A stretch of 64,000 nucleotides of DNA from Methanothrix sp. (GCA_963682135.1 OY821645.1:1312001-1376000), one strand, 5' to 3'. Shown: positions 46,399 to 56,559, numbered from the stretch's first letter. Notes: generated by a model not told the origin, from the sequence alone. Numbers and translations are program-made.

Positions 46399-47681
46399 AG
46401 ACAGATGAGAATTTTCACAACAAATCAATAGAAACCAGGTCCTCAAAGGGCATAAAGGAGATGCAGTCCGCAAGGCTACGGGCCATAGTTAAACATGTTT
46501 ACGAGTCCAATGCCTCTTACCGACTGCTATTTGCCCAGGCAGGAGTTAAACCGGAGGACATCCGAACGGCTGACGATGTAGTCAAGCTGCCGATGACCAA
46601 TAAGGATATACTGCGAGAGAGCTATCCTCTGGGGCTGTCCTGCGTGCCCCGGCGGAACATCGTGGAGATGCACATGTCCTCCGGGTCCACGGGAACCCCG
46701 GTAGTCATGCCCTACACGGAGAATGATCTTTTGCAGTGGGCGGAGTGCATGGCCCGATGCTACCGCATGGCGGGAGCGAGGCCAGGAGACGCCACCCAGA
46801 TCACGCCGCTGTTCGGCCTTTTCAACGGCGGATTTGGCATGTACCACGGCGCGCGCGCTGCGGGGCTCTTTGTGATTCCGGCCGGTCCCGGCAATACTGC
46901 CCGGCAGATACGTCTGGCCAAGGATCTGAAGACGCGGGTCTTCACCGGTGTGGTCAGTTACGGTGTGCGGCTTATGGAGATCCTGGAGGAGCAGGAAGAG
47001 ACTCTGCCCGATCTGCAGATAGGCATCTTCGGAGCGGAGGCATTCTCCGAGTCCATGAAAAAGAAGATCTCCGAGGGCCTGAATATCGATGTCTTTGATA
47101 TCTACGGCATGACCGAATCGGGCGGTGTGGGAACGCTGGGCATGGACTGCCCGGCGCATGACGGCCTGCACGTCTGGGAGGATCAGTACATCATCGAGAT
47201 CGTTGATCCCAAGACGGGCGAGCCGGTCTCAGACGGAGAGGAAGGCGAGCTGGTCTTCACCTCGCTGACCAGGGAAGCATTGCCCATGATTCGCTTTCGC
47301 ACCGCAGATCTTACCCACATCATCTCCCGAGATACCTGTGAGTGCGGCAGAACTCACCTCAAGATCGCCCCCATCACCGGCAGGCGGGATGATATGCTCA
47401 TTGTCAAGGGCGTGAATTTCTTCCCCAAGCAGATCGAGCAGACGCTGCTGGGCATACCGGGCATCGGCAACAACTACCAGATCATTGTGGAAGAGGTGGA
47501 CGGGGTCAACAATGTTCGGGTCAATGTGGAAGCAGGGCCGGGTGTGACGGGCTACATGGTGGAAAAGGCGCTCAAAGAGACGCTGGGCTTCTCACCCAAG
47601 GGCGACGTCTATCCGCTGGGGGGGCTACCCAGACAGGAAGGAAAGGCCAAGAGGGTGTTTCACGAGAAGATCGGGAAGTAG
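46395..47681 (+). CDS. paaK: phenylacetate--CoA ligase family protein
   Basis: SSGSTGTP, GAEAFS, IYGMTE, GRRDDMLIVKGVN and GKAKRV; ATGA overlap with iorB. Confidence 0.85.
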   Translation: MKTDENFHNKSIETRSSKGIKEMQSARLRAIVKHVYESNASYRLLFAQAGVKPEDIRTADDVVKLPMTNKDILRESYPLGLSCVPRRNIVEMHMSSGSTGTPVVMPYTENDLLQWAECMARCYRMAGARPGDATQITPLFGLFNGGFGMYHGARAAGLFVIPAGPGNTARQIRLAKDLKTRVFTGVVSYGVRLMEILEEQEETLPDLQIGIFGAEAFSESMKKKISEGLNIDVFDIYGMTESGGVGTLGMDCPAHDGLHVWEDQYIIEIVDPKTGEPVSDGEEGELVFTSLTREALPMIRFRTADLTHIISRDTCECGRTHLKIAPITGRRDDMLIVKGVNFFPKQIEQTLLGIPGIGNNYQIIVEEVDGVNNVRVNVEAGPGVTGYMVEKALKETLGFSPKGDVYPLGGLPRQEGKAKRVFHEKIGK

Positions 47682-47811
47682 AGGAGGAAGATCTCTGCCC
47701 CTATTTTTTAGGCTGACGCTTGTGTGGGACAAGGGTGGGTGTCGTCCCACATGAGCTACATTTAATAATAATAAGCTGAGATATTGGATATGGCACTGAG
47801 AGGTTAATCAA

Positions 47812-47970
47812 ATGGATGACATCACAAAACCTCGTGAATTCATAAGAGACCAATTGCCTTACGGTGGAGCGGTGAATATTCGCGGCGAAATAGTCTGGCG
47901 AATCACCAAGGAAGAGCATGATGCTATGAAGGCCAGAGTACTGAGACTTTTCGAGGAATATGATATCTAG
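47812..47970 (+). CDS. small hypothetical protein (52 aa; not in the ORF track)
   Basis: MDDITKPREFIRDQLPYGGAVNIRGEIVWRITKEEHDAMKARVLRLFEEYDI*, preceded by a GAGAGGT SD-like motif and an AT-rich stretch. Confidence 0.5.
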   Translation: MDDITKPREFIRDQLPYGGAVNIRGEIVWRITKEEHDAMKARVLRLFEEYDI

Positions 47971-48036
47971 CTGCAAGCATAAAATCCCACTTTAAATAGT
48001 ATATTAGATATTTCTTCCCACATTGTAACAGGGAGC

Positions 48037-48369
48037 ATGGCCCAAAACGAATCACGATTTCAGGTGCTGAACCGAATCGCTGTGGAAGAACTTAAAGCAT
48101 GGTTCTTTGGGGATGTGCAGGCGATTCATCAGGCCTATGAGCGAGTTTCTCCATCTCTTGCCGCAAAGGCTGCTTACAGAGACCCTGATGCGATCAAAGG
48201 CGGAACCTGGGAGGCCTTGGAACGCGAGCTGCAAAGTGCTGGCTATTTCAAGAGCGGTCTGGCCAAAATCAAGGTGGCAAGGGCCATATCTGCAAACATG
48301 GTGCCCTCTCGCAATCGTTCCCGAAGCTTTCAAGTCTTCCAGAGTGGACTATTGGAGACTCTAAAATAG
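48037..48369 (+). pseudogene. DUF4276-family C-terminal fragment
   Basis: RIAVEELKAWFFGD, DPDAIKGGTWEALER and NRSRSFQVF; the N-terminal half and the usual ATPase partner are absent. Confidence 0.6.
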
Positions 48370-48407
48370 CATGGCGAATTGCTGCCTGCAATTTTGTTAT
48401 CCAATCC

Positions 48408-49025
48408 CTACACCGTCCCGCATCCGCTATCCGGGAAACTCTTCTCGAAGACCTCTCTCTCCGGCGCTACCTCGGCAAAGATCTGCGCCTGGAAGTGCTG
48501 TACCTGTGTATCCTCATCAAGCCAGGCATCGGGAGGCAACCCTGCCTTGACGCAGGTCTGGGAGAGAAACTCTTGCGAGTCGAATCCCCACTCCGGGGCC
48601 ACCTGGGGCAGGAGCAGGCCGGAGAACGGCCCTTTGGAGACAATCAGCCCGTCCCTGCCGATCACCACCAGCTCAAGCAGCTTCTTCTTGGGCTGCGTGT
48701 AGAATTCAGGCTCGGTAAGTATGGTCACCTCCACTTCGATCCTTCCCAGCTCTCCGGGGCGCACACAGGGAAAGCGCGGGTCGCGACAGCCTGCATTGAT
48801 GGCCGAGTCCACGATGGCTTTGCCCAGCGGCATAATGGGCTGAGGATAGCCGATGCAGCCGCGCAGGTCGCCGTCCTCGTGCAAGGTTACAAAGACTCCC
48901 CGCTTCTCCTCGAATACAGGAGGAAGGCCCTGGGGCTGTATGATCATCTTCTTCTTCTCCGTGTATCCAGTCAGAGCCTGTCTGGCCAGATGAACGGCCA
49001 GACGGCCTTCTTCCAGTGTCAGCAT
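48408..49025 (-). CDS. AMMECR1/TIGR00296-family protein
   Basis: GVFVTL, LRGCIG, DPRF, GLLLPQVA and CVKAGL. Confidence 0.92.
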   Translation of the reverse strand: MLTLEEGRLAVHLARQALTGYTEKKKMIIQPQGLPPVFEEKRGVFVTLHEDGDLRGCIGYPQPIMPLGKAIVDSAINAGCRDPRFPCVRPGELGRIEVEVTILTEPEFYTQPKKKLLELVVIGRDGLIVSKGPFSGLLLPQVAPEWGFDSQEFLSQTCVKAGLPPDAWLDEDTQVQHFQAQIFAEVAPEREVFEKSFPDSGCGTV

Positions 49026-49149
49026 AAACATTATTGTAGGTCTGGAAACTATTAAAAAGTTGTGCGGCACTCACAGGATTGTATCACAGTTCCTCTGGGT
49101 CAGCTCCTCCGGGCGAGGCGGCGGAAATATACACGGTTTGGGTGAGAAG

Positions 49150-49857
49150 ATGAGTAAAGGAGTAATGATTGCATCTACGATTGGTCTGGCCTTCCTTCTG
49201 ATGGCCACAGTAGCAGTGTGCGCAAGTTCAAACCAAGAGACTTCGTATGTAATAAAACTGCCACAGCCGCGCACTGATGGGGGCATCAGTGTGGAGAAGG
49301 CCCTTTTGGAGCGGCGGTCCATCCGAAGCTTCACCGGCGAGCCTCTGACTCTGGATGAGGTCTCTTCGCTCTGCTGGGCGGCGCAAGGAGTGACTGATGA
49401 CAAAGGCCACCGCACATCGCCTTCGGCTATGGCCACATATCCACTGGAGGTCTACCTCCTGGCAGGAAATGTCACAGGCCTGCCTTCCGGCGTCTATCAC
49501 TACTCTCCTCAGGGTCACAACCTGACGCTAATATCCAAGGGCAACAAGATCCCTGATCTATTCAACTCAAGCATGGGTGGCAAGGAGGATTGGCGGAAGA
49601 GCGCTCCAGCTGTTTTCATAGTCACCGGCGTCTTTGAGCGCATCAACAAAGTCCTGGGTCAGGACCTGAGCAGATTCGTTTACGTCGAGGCCGGAACTGC
49701 TTCTGAAAACCTGCTTCTTGAGGTCGTCTCTCTGGATCTAGGTGCCACATATACCGCAGGCTTTGATGAAAACAAGACCAGGGAATGCCTGGGTCTTGCA
49801 TCTGGTGAGACGCCAATCGGTGTTCTGCCCGTGGGACATAAGACAGAGGCAGCTTAA
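49150..49857 (+). CDS. SagB/ThcOx-type nitroreductase-family protein with N-terminal signal-like segment
   Basis: RRSIRSF, WAAQG, RTSPSA..YPLEVY and EAGTASENLLL. Confidence 0.85.
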   Translation: MSKGVMIASTIGLAFLLMATVAVCASSNQETSYVIKLPQPRTDGGISVEKALLERRSIRSFTGEPLTLDEVSSLCWAAQGVTDDKGHRTSPSAMATYPLEVYLLAGNVTGLPSGVYHYSPQGHNLTLISKGNKIPDLFNSSMGGKEDWRKSAPAVFIVTGVFERINKVLGQDLSRFVYVEAGTASENLLLEVVSLDLGATYTAGFDENKTRECLGLASGETPIGVLPVGHKTEAA

Positions 49858-49923
49858 GCCAAATCTTCAGGAAGACTCGTCGATGTCATCAGTCCAGACT
49901 ACCAGATCGACAAATTTCTGCAT

Positions 49924-50586
49924 CTACTTCCAGTCAAGTTTATTCCAATACTCGTACTCGTGCTCCCAGCTCTCTTTGTTCATCTTCACGAGCTTCTTGA
50001 AGTACTCGCGAGTCTCCTCTTGCATCTCCCTCTGCTCGATATAGTCGCGTTTGATCCGGATATCCTCTGCTAGAGATTTGCCCAGCAGGAAGGCCTTCTT
50101 CTCCGCAGCCTCTTGAGCCGCAGGCCCCTGGATCATGGCCGCGCCGACGCTTCCTGTGACGAAGGCTCCGAAGTTGAGCATGATGCCGTCCAGGTAGGTT
50201 GTGACCTGATCGTAGTTGCTGCCGCCGCTGGCCACGCTGCAGCAGTACTTGCCATTAAGAAGCTGGCAGTGAACGGCGTCAGCCATGCGGTCGATGAGCG
50301 TCTTCATCTGAGCCGTCACCGAGCGGAAGTAATTTGGCGCTCCCCAGACCAGGCCGTCCGCAGCCAGGATTTTGTCGTAAAGCCCCTGGAAATCATCCTT
50401 GTGCACGCATTTGCCTTCCTTGAAGCATACCTGGCAAGCGTTGCAGTACTTTATATCCAGCTTGCAGACGTCCACCACTTCCACCTCGGCACCTGAGGCT
50501 TTCGCCCCGTCCAGAGCGGATTGGACAAGGCGCAGAGTCGTGCTCTTGGAGCCGCGCGGGCTGGCACAAATTCCTAAGACCTTCAT
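49924..50586 (-). CDS. iron-sulfur flavoprotein / NADPH-dependent FMN reductase family
   Basis: ASPR, Cx2Cx2Cx5C (CNACQVCFKEGKC) and PNY..SVTAQMKTLIDR. Confidence 0.88.
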   Translation of the reverse strand: MKVLGICASPRGSKSTTLRLVQSALDGAKASGAEVEVVDVCKLDIKYCNACQVCFKEGKCVHKDDFQGLYDKILAADGLVWGAPNYFRSVTAQMKTLIDRMADAVHCQLLNGKYCCSVASGGSNYDQVTTYLDGIMLNFGAFVTGSVGAAMIQGPAAQEAAEKKAFLLGKSLAEDIRIKRDYIEQREMQEETREYFKKLVKMNKESWEHEYEYWNKLDWK

Positions 50587-50658
50587 CTCTTTTCCTCCAT
50601 TAACTTATCATGATAGTCATTGATCTTATGTATTGCGTTCTGGGATCTTTTTTTTAAT

Positions 50659-51495
50659 TCAGGTTACCACTGCGTTCTTGAAAACCCGCCAGGCCACCAG
50701 GAACATAACTGCGGCAAACCCCGTCAGCGCCAGAAAGGAGAGGAGCATGTCGGAGCTGCTGTAAACATAATGGATGCCGATGGCATAAAAGTCGCTTCCT
50801 ACGGCAAAGTAGCGTACACCGTTCACCAGGTGGGTGAGGGGATTGAACTGAGCAAGCATTCTCATTGTCCCCGGGAAGGCATCAATGGGGTAGAGGGCGT
50901 TGCTGGCGAAGAACAGCGGCAAGGTGAGAAGGGTGATCACGGCCTGCAGACCCTCGGGAGTGTCCATGCTCATGGATATGGCCGAGGAGAGGAAGAGAAA
51001 TCCTATAGAAAAGACGCCCACAAAGAGCAGCACTCCCAAGACGGCACCTGCCGTCTGCAGCAAGGTGTAGCCGGGAAAGAAGCGCACTCCGATGAGAAGG
51101 CCAAAACCCATGATGACCATCACCTGGATGAAGGACTTGGTGACGCCGGAAAGACCAATGCCCAGGATTATGTGATTGCGGGGCATGGGGCTGGCCAAAA
51201 GTTCTCTCATCAGCCCCCAATTCTTGTCGAATAGAAGGGTGATTCCCCCAAAGAGGCTGGTAAATAGAGTGGTCAGAGCAATGACTCCCGCACCCATGAA
51301 GGTCAGGTAGGAGACGGCTGTAGCTCCCTGGGGCAAGGTCATGCCCGCGCTAAGCCGTGAGAAGTTGCTGGACATGGCCGCCCCATAAAGCGCCATCCAT
51401 AGAGCCGGCTGGATAAGGGAGGCTACAAGGGCAATCCTGAAGCGAACAAAGCGAAGCATATCGCGCCAGTAGATGGTCAAAAATTCCCAGGACAT
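50659..51495 (-). CDS. ABC-2 type exporter permease
   Basis: Multiple TM segments; QPALW, LASPM, FASNALYP and NPLTH. Confidence 0.88.
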   Translation of the reverse strand: MSWEFLTIYWRDMLRFVRFRIALVASLIQPALWMALYGAAMSSNFSRLSAGMTLPQGATAVSYLTFMGAGVIALTTLFTSLFGGITLLFDKNWGLMRELLASPMPRNHIILGIGLSGVTKSFIQVMVIMGFGLLIGVRFFPGYTLLQTAGAVLGVLLFVGVFSIGFLFLSSAISMSMDTPEGLQAVITLLTLPLFFASNALYPIDAFPGTMRMLAQFNPLTHLVNGVRYFAVGSDFYAIGIHYVYSSSDMLLSFLALTGFAAVMFLVAWRVFKNAVVT

Positions 51496-51496
51496 A

Positions 51497-52480
51497 TCAT
51501 CTGCCTCCTTTGGGCATGATCCGGTGAAGCTTTTCCGCTCCCGCCTCTCTGATACCTCTTCCGGTGTGGTGCACGAATACATCATCCAATGTAGGCTTTT
51601 TTAGGTTGACGCTGATGATCTGGATACCTATTTCCCGCAGCCGGTTCATGATGATGGGAAGACAGTGCGTGCCGTCCGTGTTGATGGTGACCACAAGGCC
51701 CGCGGGCGCGACCTTGACATTCCTAACGGCCTTAATGCCCCGCAGCATGCTCTGCGCGGCGGCGTTATCGCTGGTGTCCAGATAGATCATATCATTTCCC
51801 AGACCGTCTTTGAGGGCAGTCGGATTGCCGGAAGCTATGATCTTGCCGTGGTCCAGGATATCGATCCAGTTACTGACCTGGTCCGCTTCATCCATGTAGT
51901 GAGTAGTAAGAAAGATGGTGGTTCCTGAATCGTTGACCCTTTTGATGTAGTCCCACAACCTGCGCCTGGTCTGCGTATCCAGGCCGATGGTCGGCTCATC
52001 CAGGAAGAGTACCTTTGGTCTGGTCATAAGACCCCTGCCAATTTCCAGCCGCCGCTTCATGCCGCCGGAGAGAAAACGGGTGCGTACATCTCTTTTCTCC
52101 TCCAGCTCCACCAGTTTTATGATCTCATCAATTCTCTCTTTTCGCTCTGCTTTGGGCATGGAATAGATGCGGCCGTGCAGCTCCAGGGTCTCCCAGACGG
52201 TGAGGTCGCGGTCCAGCGTCTCATCCTGAAATACAATGCCTATGGAGCGGCGCACCTGCTGAGGCTCTTTGGCCAGGTCGTATCCGGCAATGATGACGCT
52301 GCCCTTTTGCACAGGCAGAAGGGTGGTTAGAATATTGATGACTGTGCTCTTCCCCGCCCCGTTGGGCCCCAGGAAGGAGAAGATCTCTCCCTCCCGCACG
52401 AAGAAGCAGACGCCGTCAACGGCTCTGAAGTCGCCGTATTTGTATTCGAGATCCTTGACCTCAATAATTCTATCGCTCAT
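51497..52480 (-). CDS. ABC exporter ATP-binding protein (DrrA-like)
   Basis: GPNGAGKS, LSGGMKRRLE, LDEPT, TTHYMDEAD and PTLDDVF. Confidence 0.92.
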   Translation of the reverse strand: MSDRIIEVKDLEYKYGDFRAVDGVCFFVREGEIFSFLGPNGAGKSTVINILTTLLPVQKGSVIIAGYDLAKEPQQVRRSIGIVFQDETLDRDLTVWETLELHGRIYSMPKAERKERIDEIIKLVELEEKRDVRTRFLSGGMKRRLEIGRGLMTRPKVLFLDEPTIGLDTQTRRRLWDYIKRVNDSGTTIFLTTHYMDEADQVSNWIDILDHGKIIASGNPTALKDGLGNDMIYLDTSDNAAAQSMLRGIKAVRNVKVAPAGLVVTINTDGTHCLPIIMNRLREIGIQIISVNLKKPTLDDVFVHHTGRGIREAGAEKLHRIMPKGGR

Positions 52481-52595
52481 TTGCAGCTTCGACTTCCTAC
52501 CTCTGAGAATTTATAGACAGCAGATATGGCCGCAATGGGGACAAAAGTCTTAACATATTTGCCCACCAATTAAGTTAGAAAATATTGTCCAAGGT

Positions 52596-53102
52596 GTGAT
52601 TAAGTTGACAAAGACAGAGGATTTCTTGATGGAGGCTTTTGCCGGAGAATCGCAGGCGAACAGGAAGTACACCGCTTTTGCCGCCCAGGCCGATAAAGAG
52701 GGCCTGGCTCAAGCTGCCAAGCTCTTTCGGGCTGCCGCCGAGGCGGAAGCGGTGCATGCCGCCAACCACCTGCGCGCCCTCAAGGCCATCAAGAGCAGCA
52801 AGGAGAACCTGCGCGAGGCCATCGCAGGAGAGACGCACGAGTTCAAGGAGATGTATCCGGAGATGATCGCCACCGCGAAAGCTGAGGGCGCCAGGGATGC
52901 GGAGCGCAGCTTCAATTTCGCCAACGCCGTGGAGGAGTACCACGCCCGGCTCTATCATGATATGCTGCAGAATCTGGAGGCAAAGAAGGAGAGCTATCCT
53001 TACTTCGTCTGCCCGGTATGCGGCATGACTGTGGAGCGTGAGGCGCCGGAGAAGTGCCCGGTATGCGGCGTGAAGGGATCAATGTTTAAAAAGGTCGAGT
53101 AG
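52596..53102 (+). CDS. rubrerythrin
   Basis: AFAGESQANRKY, EAVHA and EEYHA; rubredoxin-like CPVCG...CPVCG. Confidence 0.92.
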   Translation: MIKLTKTEDFLMEAFAGESQANRKYTAFAAQADKEGLAQAAKLFRAAAEAEAVHAANHLRALKAIKSSKENLREAIAGETHEFKEMYPEMIATAKAEGARDAERSFNFANAVEEYHARLYHDMLQNLEAKKESYPYFVCPVCGMTVEREAPEKCPVCGVKGSMFKKVE

Positions 53103-53167
53103 ACTTTAACATCTTTTTATTCTGATTTGAATATCTTTACCATTGCATTATTTTGTGCAGCAACCAG

Positions 53168-56100
53168 CTATCCCGCTTCGCCCTCTTCCGGATTGTGCCG
53201 GGACATGGCCAGCCATCTGGCCAGCATCTCAGCCAGCTCTCCCGGCTGGACGGGCTTGGCTATGAAGTCGCTCATGCCGGCCAGGAGGCATCTCTCCCTG
53301 TCGGCCTGCATGGCGGAAGCAGTCATGGCGATGATGGGGATGCTCGGACTGCTCGCCGCGGCCTCCTTTTCTCGGATGGCGCGGGTGGCCTCAAAACCGT
53401 CCATCACAGGCATCTGGCAGTCCATCAAAACCAGATCGTAGGAAGCATTCTGCAAAGCCTTTACTGCCTCCCGGCCGTTGGCCACCACATCCGTCCGGCA
53501 GCCCAGCCTTCTCAGCATGGCCAGGGCAACTCTCTGGTTCACGAGATTGTCTTCTGCCAGCAGGATGCGAACCTTACCGGGCAGTGTCGGAGCCGGGCCA
53601 AAAGCCGTGGCCGCTGCCTGGCTCCGGGAGGCAGTCAACTGGACACTGCTTGCAGTCTTCTCGAACCTGGCTGTGAACCAGAATGTCGATCCGACTCCCT
53701 CAACGCTCTCTGCTCCGATCTTGCCGTCCATCATATTGGCCAGTTGCTTGGAGATGGCAAGACCCAGGCCGGTTCCGCCGTATTTACGTGTGGTGGAGCC
53801 GTCTGCTTGCGTAAATGGCATGAAAAGAGCCTTCAGGCAGTCGGCCGGGATACCGATGCCCGTATCGAATACCGAAAAGCGAAGCGTGATATTTTTGTCT
53901 TCTTCTTTCTCGACGCTGACCTGAATTTGGACCTCACCCCGGTTTGTAAACTTCACCGCATTGCCTCCCAGGTTGGCCAGAATCTGACGCAACCTGCCGG
54001 CATCACCACGCAGCTGCATGGGCACGGTCGGCTGGACCTGGCAGGTTATGGACAACCCCTTCTCCCGAGCACTCCTGGAGAGGAGATCGGTTGTATACTT
54101 CAGCACATCAGCCAGGTTGAAGTCCTTCACCTCCATCACCAGCTTACGAGCCTCAATTTTGGAGAAATCCAGGATATCGTTGATCAGTGCCAGCAGCGCT
54201 TCGCCGCTTATGTTGATGGTTTGGGCGTACTCCTGCTGCTCACTACTCAAATTTGTGTCCAACAGCAATTCAGTCATGCCTATGACGCCGTTCAAGGGCG
54301 TGCGGATCTCATGGCTCATGTTGGCCAAAAATTCACTCTTGGCAGCATTGGCCTTTCTGGCAAGTGTAGTCAATTCGTTCGCCTTGGCAATTGCTACCTT
54401 CAGCTGCTGGTTGGTCTTTTGCAGCTCCTCCTCTGCCCACTTGCGCTCAGTTATATCCCGGATGATGCCCACAATAAACTTGCCACCGGAATTGTCGGTA
54501 TACAATGTCTTCTTGGTAATTATGGTGCGATCCTTTCCCCGTGAATCAGTAATAACCTCCTCATTTACGTTCTCTTTTCCCGTTTCAAAGACCCTCTCGT
54601 CCTTCTCCAGGAATACAGAAACCTGCTCAGATGGAAAGAAATCATAGTCCATCTTTCCCAGGAGGACCTCACTGCTGTGGCCCGATAATGCACAGAAAGC
54701 ATTGTTCACCAAAACAAATTGATGCTGCCGATTCTTGACGAATATGGGATCGCCAATGGAATTGATTATCTTTTCCAGGTAGTCCTTGGATTCTTGCAGC
54801 TCTTCTTTTGCTCTCTTACTCTCTGTAATATCGCGAATGGATTCTATGGCACCCAGGCGCTTTCCTTTGGCATCGAAGATGGGCGCCCCCGTCGCCCATA
54901 CATGTGCTCCTTTGCCGCCGAACAATGAAGGCGCAAATATTTCTGCATAGAGTGTGTTGCCTTTCCGTTGCACATATTGATAGTTGGATGCAATTTCCTC
55001 ATCATCCTTATCCAGTAGATCCAGCAACTGTCGCCGCCGTTCACCATAGAACGGGATGGCATAAGCATGATCGCCCTGACCTATCATATTCTTCTTGTTG
55101 ACCCCGGTCATCTCCTCCATGGCCCGGTTCCAGGCGATTACCTTTCCCTGCAAATCAATGACAAATGTTGCATCGGGAAGAAACTCAATAATTGCCGACA
55201 GCCTGCTCTTTGCTTCCTGCTCTGCATCCTCAGCCAGCTTCTGGTCGGTCATATCGGAAAAGCAGATGACTGCGCCATAAGGTGTCATCTCGCGTTCTTT
55301 GAATAGTGGAATGGTATTGATGTTGATCCAGGAGATCTGATCGGTGACGGCATTTCTGACGCCCATGACCACATTTCGGCAGGGCTCTCCCGTCGTAAGG
55401 GTATGAATGGATGGATGCTCGGCCCCTGGGAATTCTGACCCGTCTTTGTGGACCGTACTCCAATTAAAACTGCTCGAATCAAGACCCAAGACATCTTCAG
55501 CTCTTCTGCCAAATACCCGTTCTGCAGCCTTGTTCCAGGTCAGAATTTTTCCCGTACTTTCCTGGAGGATTATCCCGTCGCTGGCCGACGAAACCACCGT
55601 GCGATACCGCTCCTCGCTGCGGCGCAGCTCCTTTGCCTTCTGCTTTTGCTCTGTGATGTCTGACAAGACCCCGGTTATTCCCAATGTCCGACCCTGTTCG
55701 TCATTCTCAATTCGACTGAAGGATCTAACATGCCTGTATTGATTGCATTTGTCGCGTGCGCGGAATTCGTAAGGCTCAAGCACGCCTTGCATTGTTTTGC
55801 AGAGACTGGCTCTCAGACCGGACAAGTCCTCGGGATGAATGAATTTTGCAAAGTCCTCACCAATAACTTCTTCCGGCCTGTATCCCAGCAGTTGCTCTAC
55901 TACCGGACTTACGTAAATAATCAGCCCTGCGCTGTCCAGTGTAAATATAGCATCGTTTAGGTTTTCCACAAGGGTTCGATATTTTTCTTGCGATCGTTTT
56001 AGTGCCTCTTCCATGAGCTTGTGTTCTGTGATATCGATCAAAAATCCCTGGTAGGATGAAACCCTATTGTTCGGGCGATACTCTGCATCGACCATTGCAT

Positions 56101-56410
56101 CAGCCTGGATGGAAACCCAGACCCTATTCCCGTCTCTGCGAAACAGCTCAGCCTCGAAGTTCCTAACGCCGCCCGTTTCTTTCAGGAGGCGATGAAACTC
56201 TCGCTCCTGGAAAGGATCGGCAAAAACCTGCCTATCGATGTCTGTGACGGAATTTATCAGATCCACCGGTGAATCATATCCCAGGATGCGAGCAAGAGCG
56301 GGATTCACAATCGCATATCGTCCTTCCGCTGATGTCTGATAGACTCCTATTGCTGCATTATCAAAGAGGTATTGGGAAATTTCTCGGGCCCTCTTCCCAT
56401 CGTTTTCCAT
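53168..56410 (-). CDS. cytoplasmic multi-PAS hybrid sensor histidine kinase with receiver domain
   Basis: About five PAS/PAC modules; FLANMSHEIRTPLNG, NLGGNAVKFT, DTGIG and GGTGLGL; receiver LVLMDCQMP..KP. Confidence 0.93.
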   Translation of the reverse strand: MENDGKRAREISQYLFDNAAIGVYQTSAEGRYAIVNPALARILGYDSPVDLINSVTDIDRQVFADPFQEREFHRLLKETGGVRNFEAELFRRDGNRVWVSIQADAMVDAEYRPNNRVSSYQGFLIDITEHKLMEEALKRSQEKYRTLVENLNDAIFTLDSAGLIIYVSPVVEQLLGYRPEEVIGEDFAKFIHPEDLSGLRASLCKTMQGVLEPYEFRARDKCNQYRHVRSFSRIENDEQGRTLGITGVLSDITEQKQKAKELRRSEERYRTVVSSASDGIILQESTGKILTWNKAAERVFGRRAEDVLGLDSSSFNWSTVHKDGSEFPGAEHPSIHTLTTGEPCRNVVMGVRNAVTDQISWININTIPLFKEREMTPYGAVICFSDMTDQKLAEDAEQEAKSRLSAIIEFLPDATFVIDLQGKVIAWNRAMEEMTGVNKKNMIGQGDHAYAIPFYGERRRQLLDLLDKDDEEIASNYQYVQRKGNTLYAEIFAPSLFGGKGAHVWATGAPIFDAKGKRLGAIESIRDITESKRAKEELQESKDYLEKIINSIGDPIFVKNRQHQFVLVNNAFCALSGHSSEVLLGKMDYDFFPSEQVSVFLEKDERVFETGKENVNEEVITDSRGKDRTIITKKTLYTDNSGGKFIVGIIRDITERKWAEEELQKTNQQLKVAIAKANELTTLARKANAAKSEFLANMSHEIRTPLNGVIGMTELLLDTNLSSEQQEYAQTINISGEALLALINDILDFSKIEARKLVMEVKDFNLADVLKYTTDLLSRSAREKGLSITCQVQPTVPMQLRGDAGRLRQILANLGGNAVKFTNRGEVQIQVSVEKEEDKNITLRFSVFDTGIGIPADCLKALFMPFTQADGSTTRKYGGTGLGLAISKQLANMMDGKIGAESVEGVGSTFWFTARFEKTASSVQLTASRSQAAATAFGPAPTLPGKVRILLAEDNLVNQRVALAMLRRLGCRTDVVANGREAVKALQNASYDLVLMDCQMPVMDGFEATRAIREKEAAASSPSIPIIAMTASAMQADRERCLLAGMSDFIAKPVQPGELAEMLARWLAMSRHNPEEGEAG

Positions 56411-56559
56411 CTAGATCTTTCCTGCAATCTTCCAAAAAGATCATAGTTATTCTATATACTTTAACTTGTAGGATCGCGATGGATGAATTTAGCTGGTGAT
56501 ATCGCTAACTCTAGAGAAAGAGCAAAAAATATTTACACCCATCCCCCCACCAGTCTGCC

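Noticed and set aside
53153-54544. 463-aa plus-strand ORF
   Set aside because: It is an antisense shadow of the hybrid histidine kinase.
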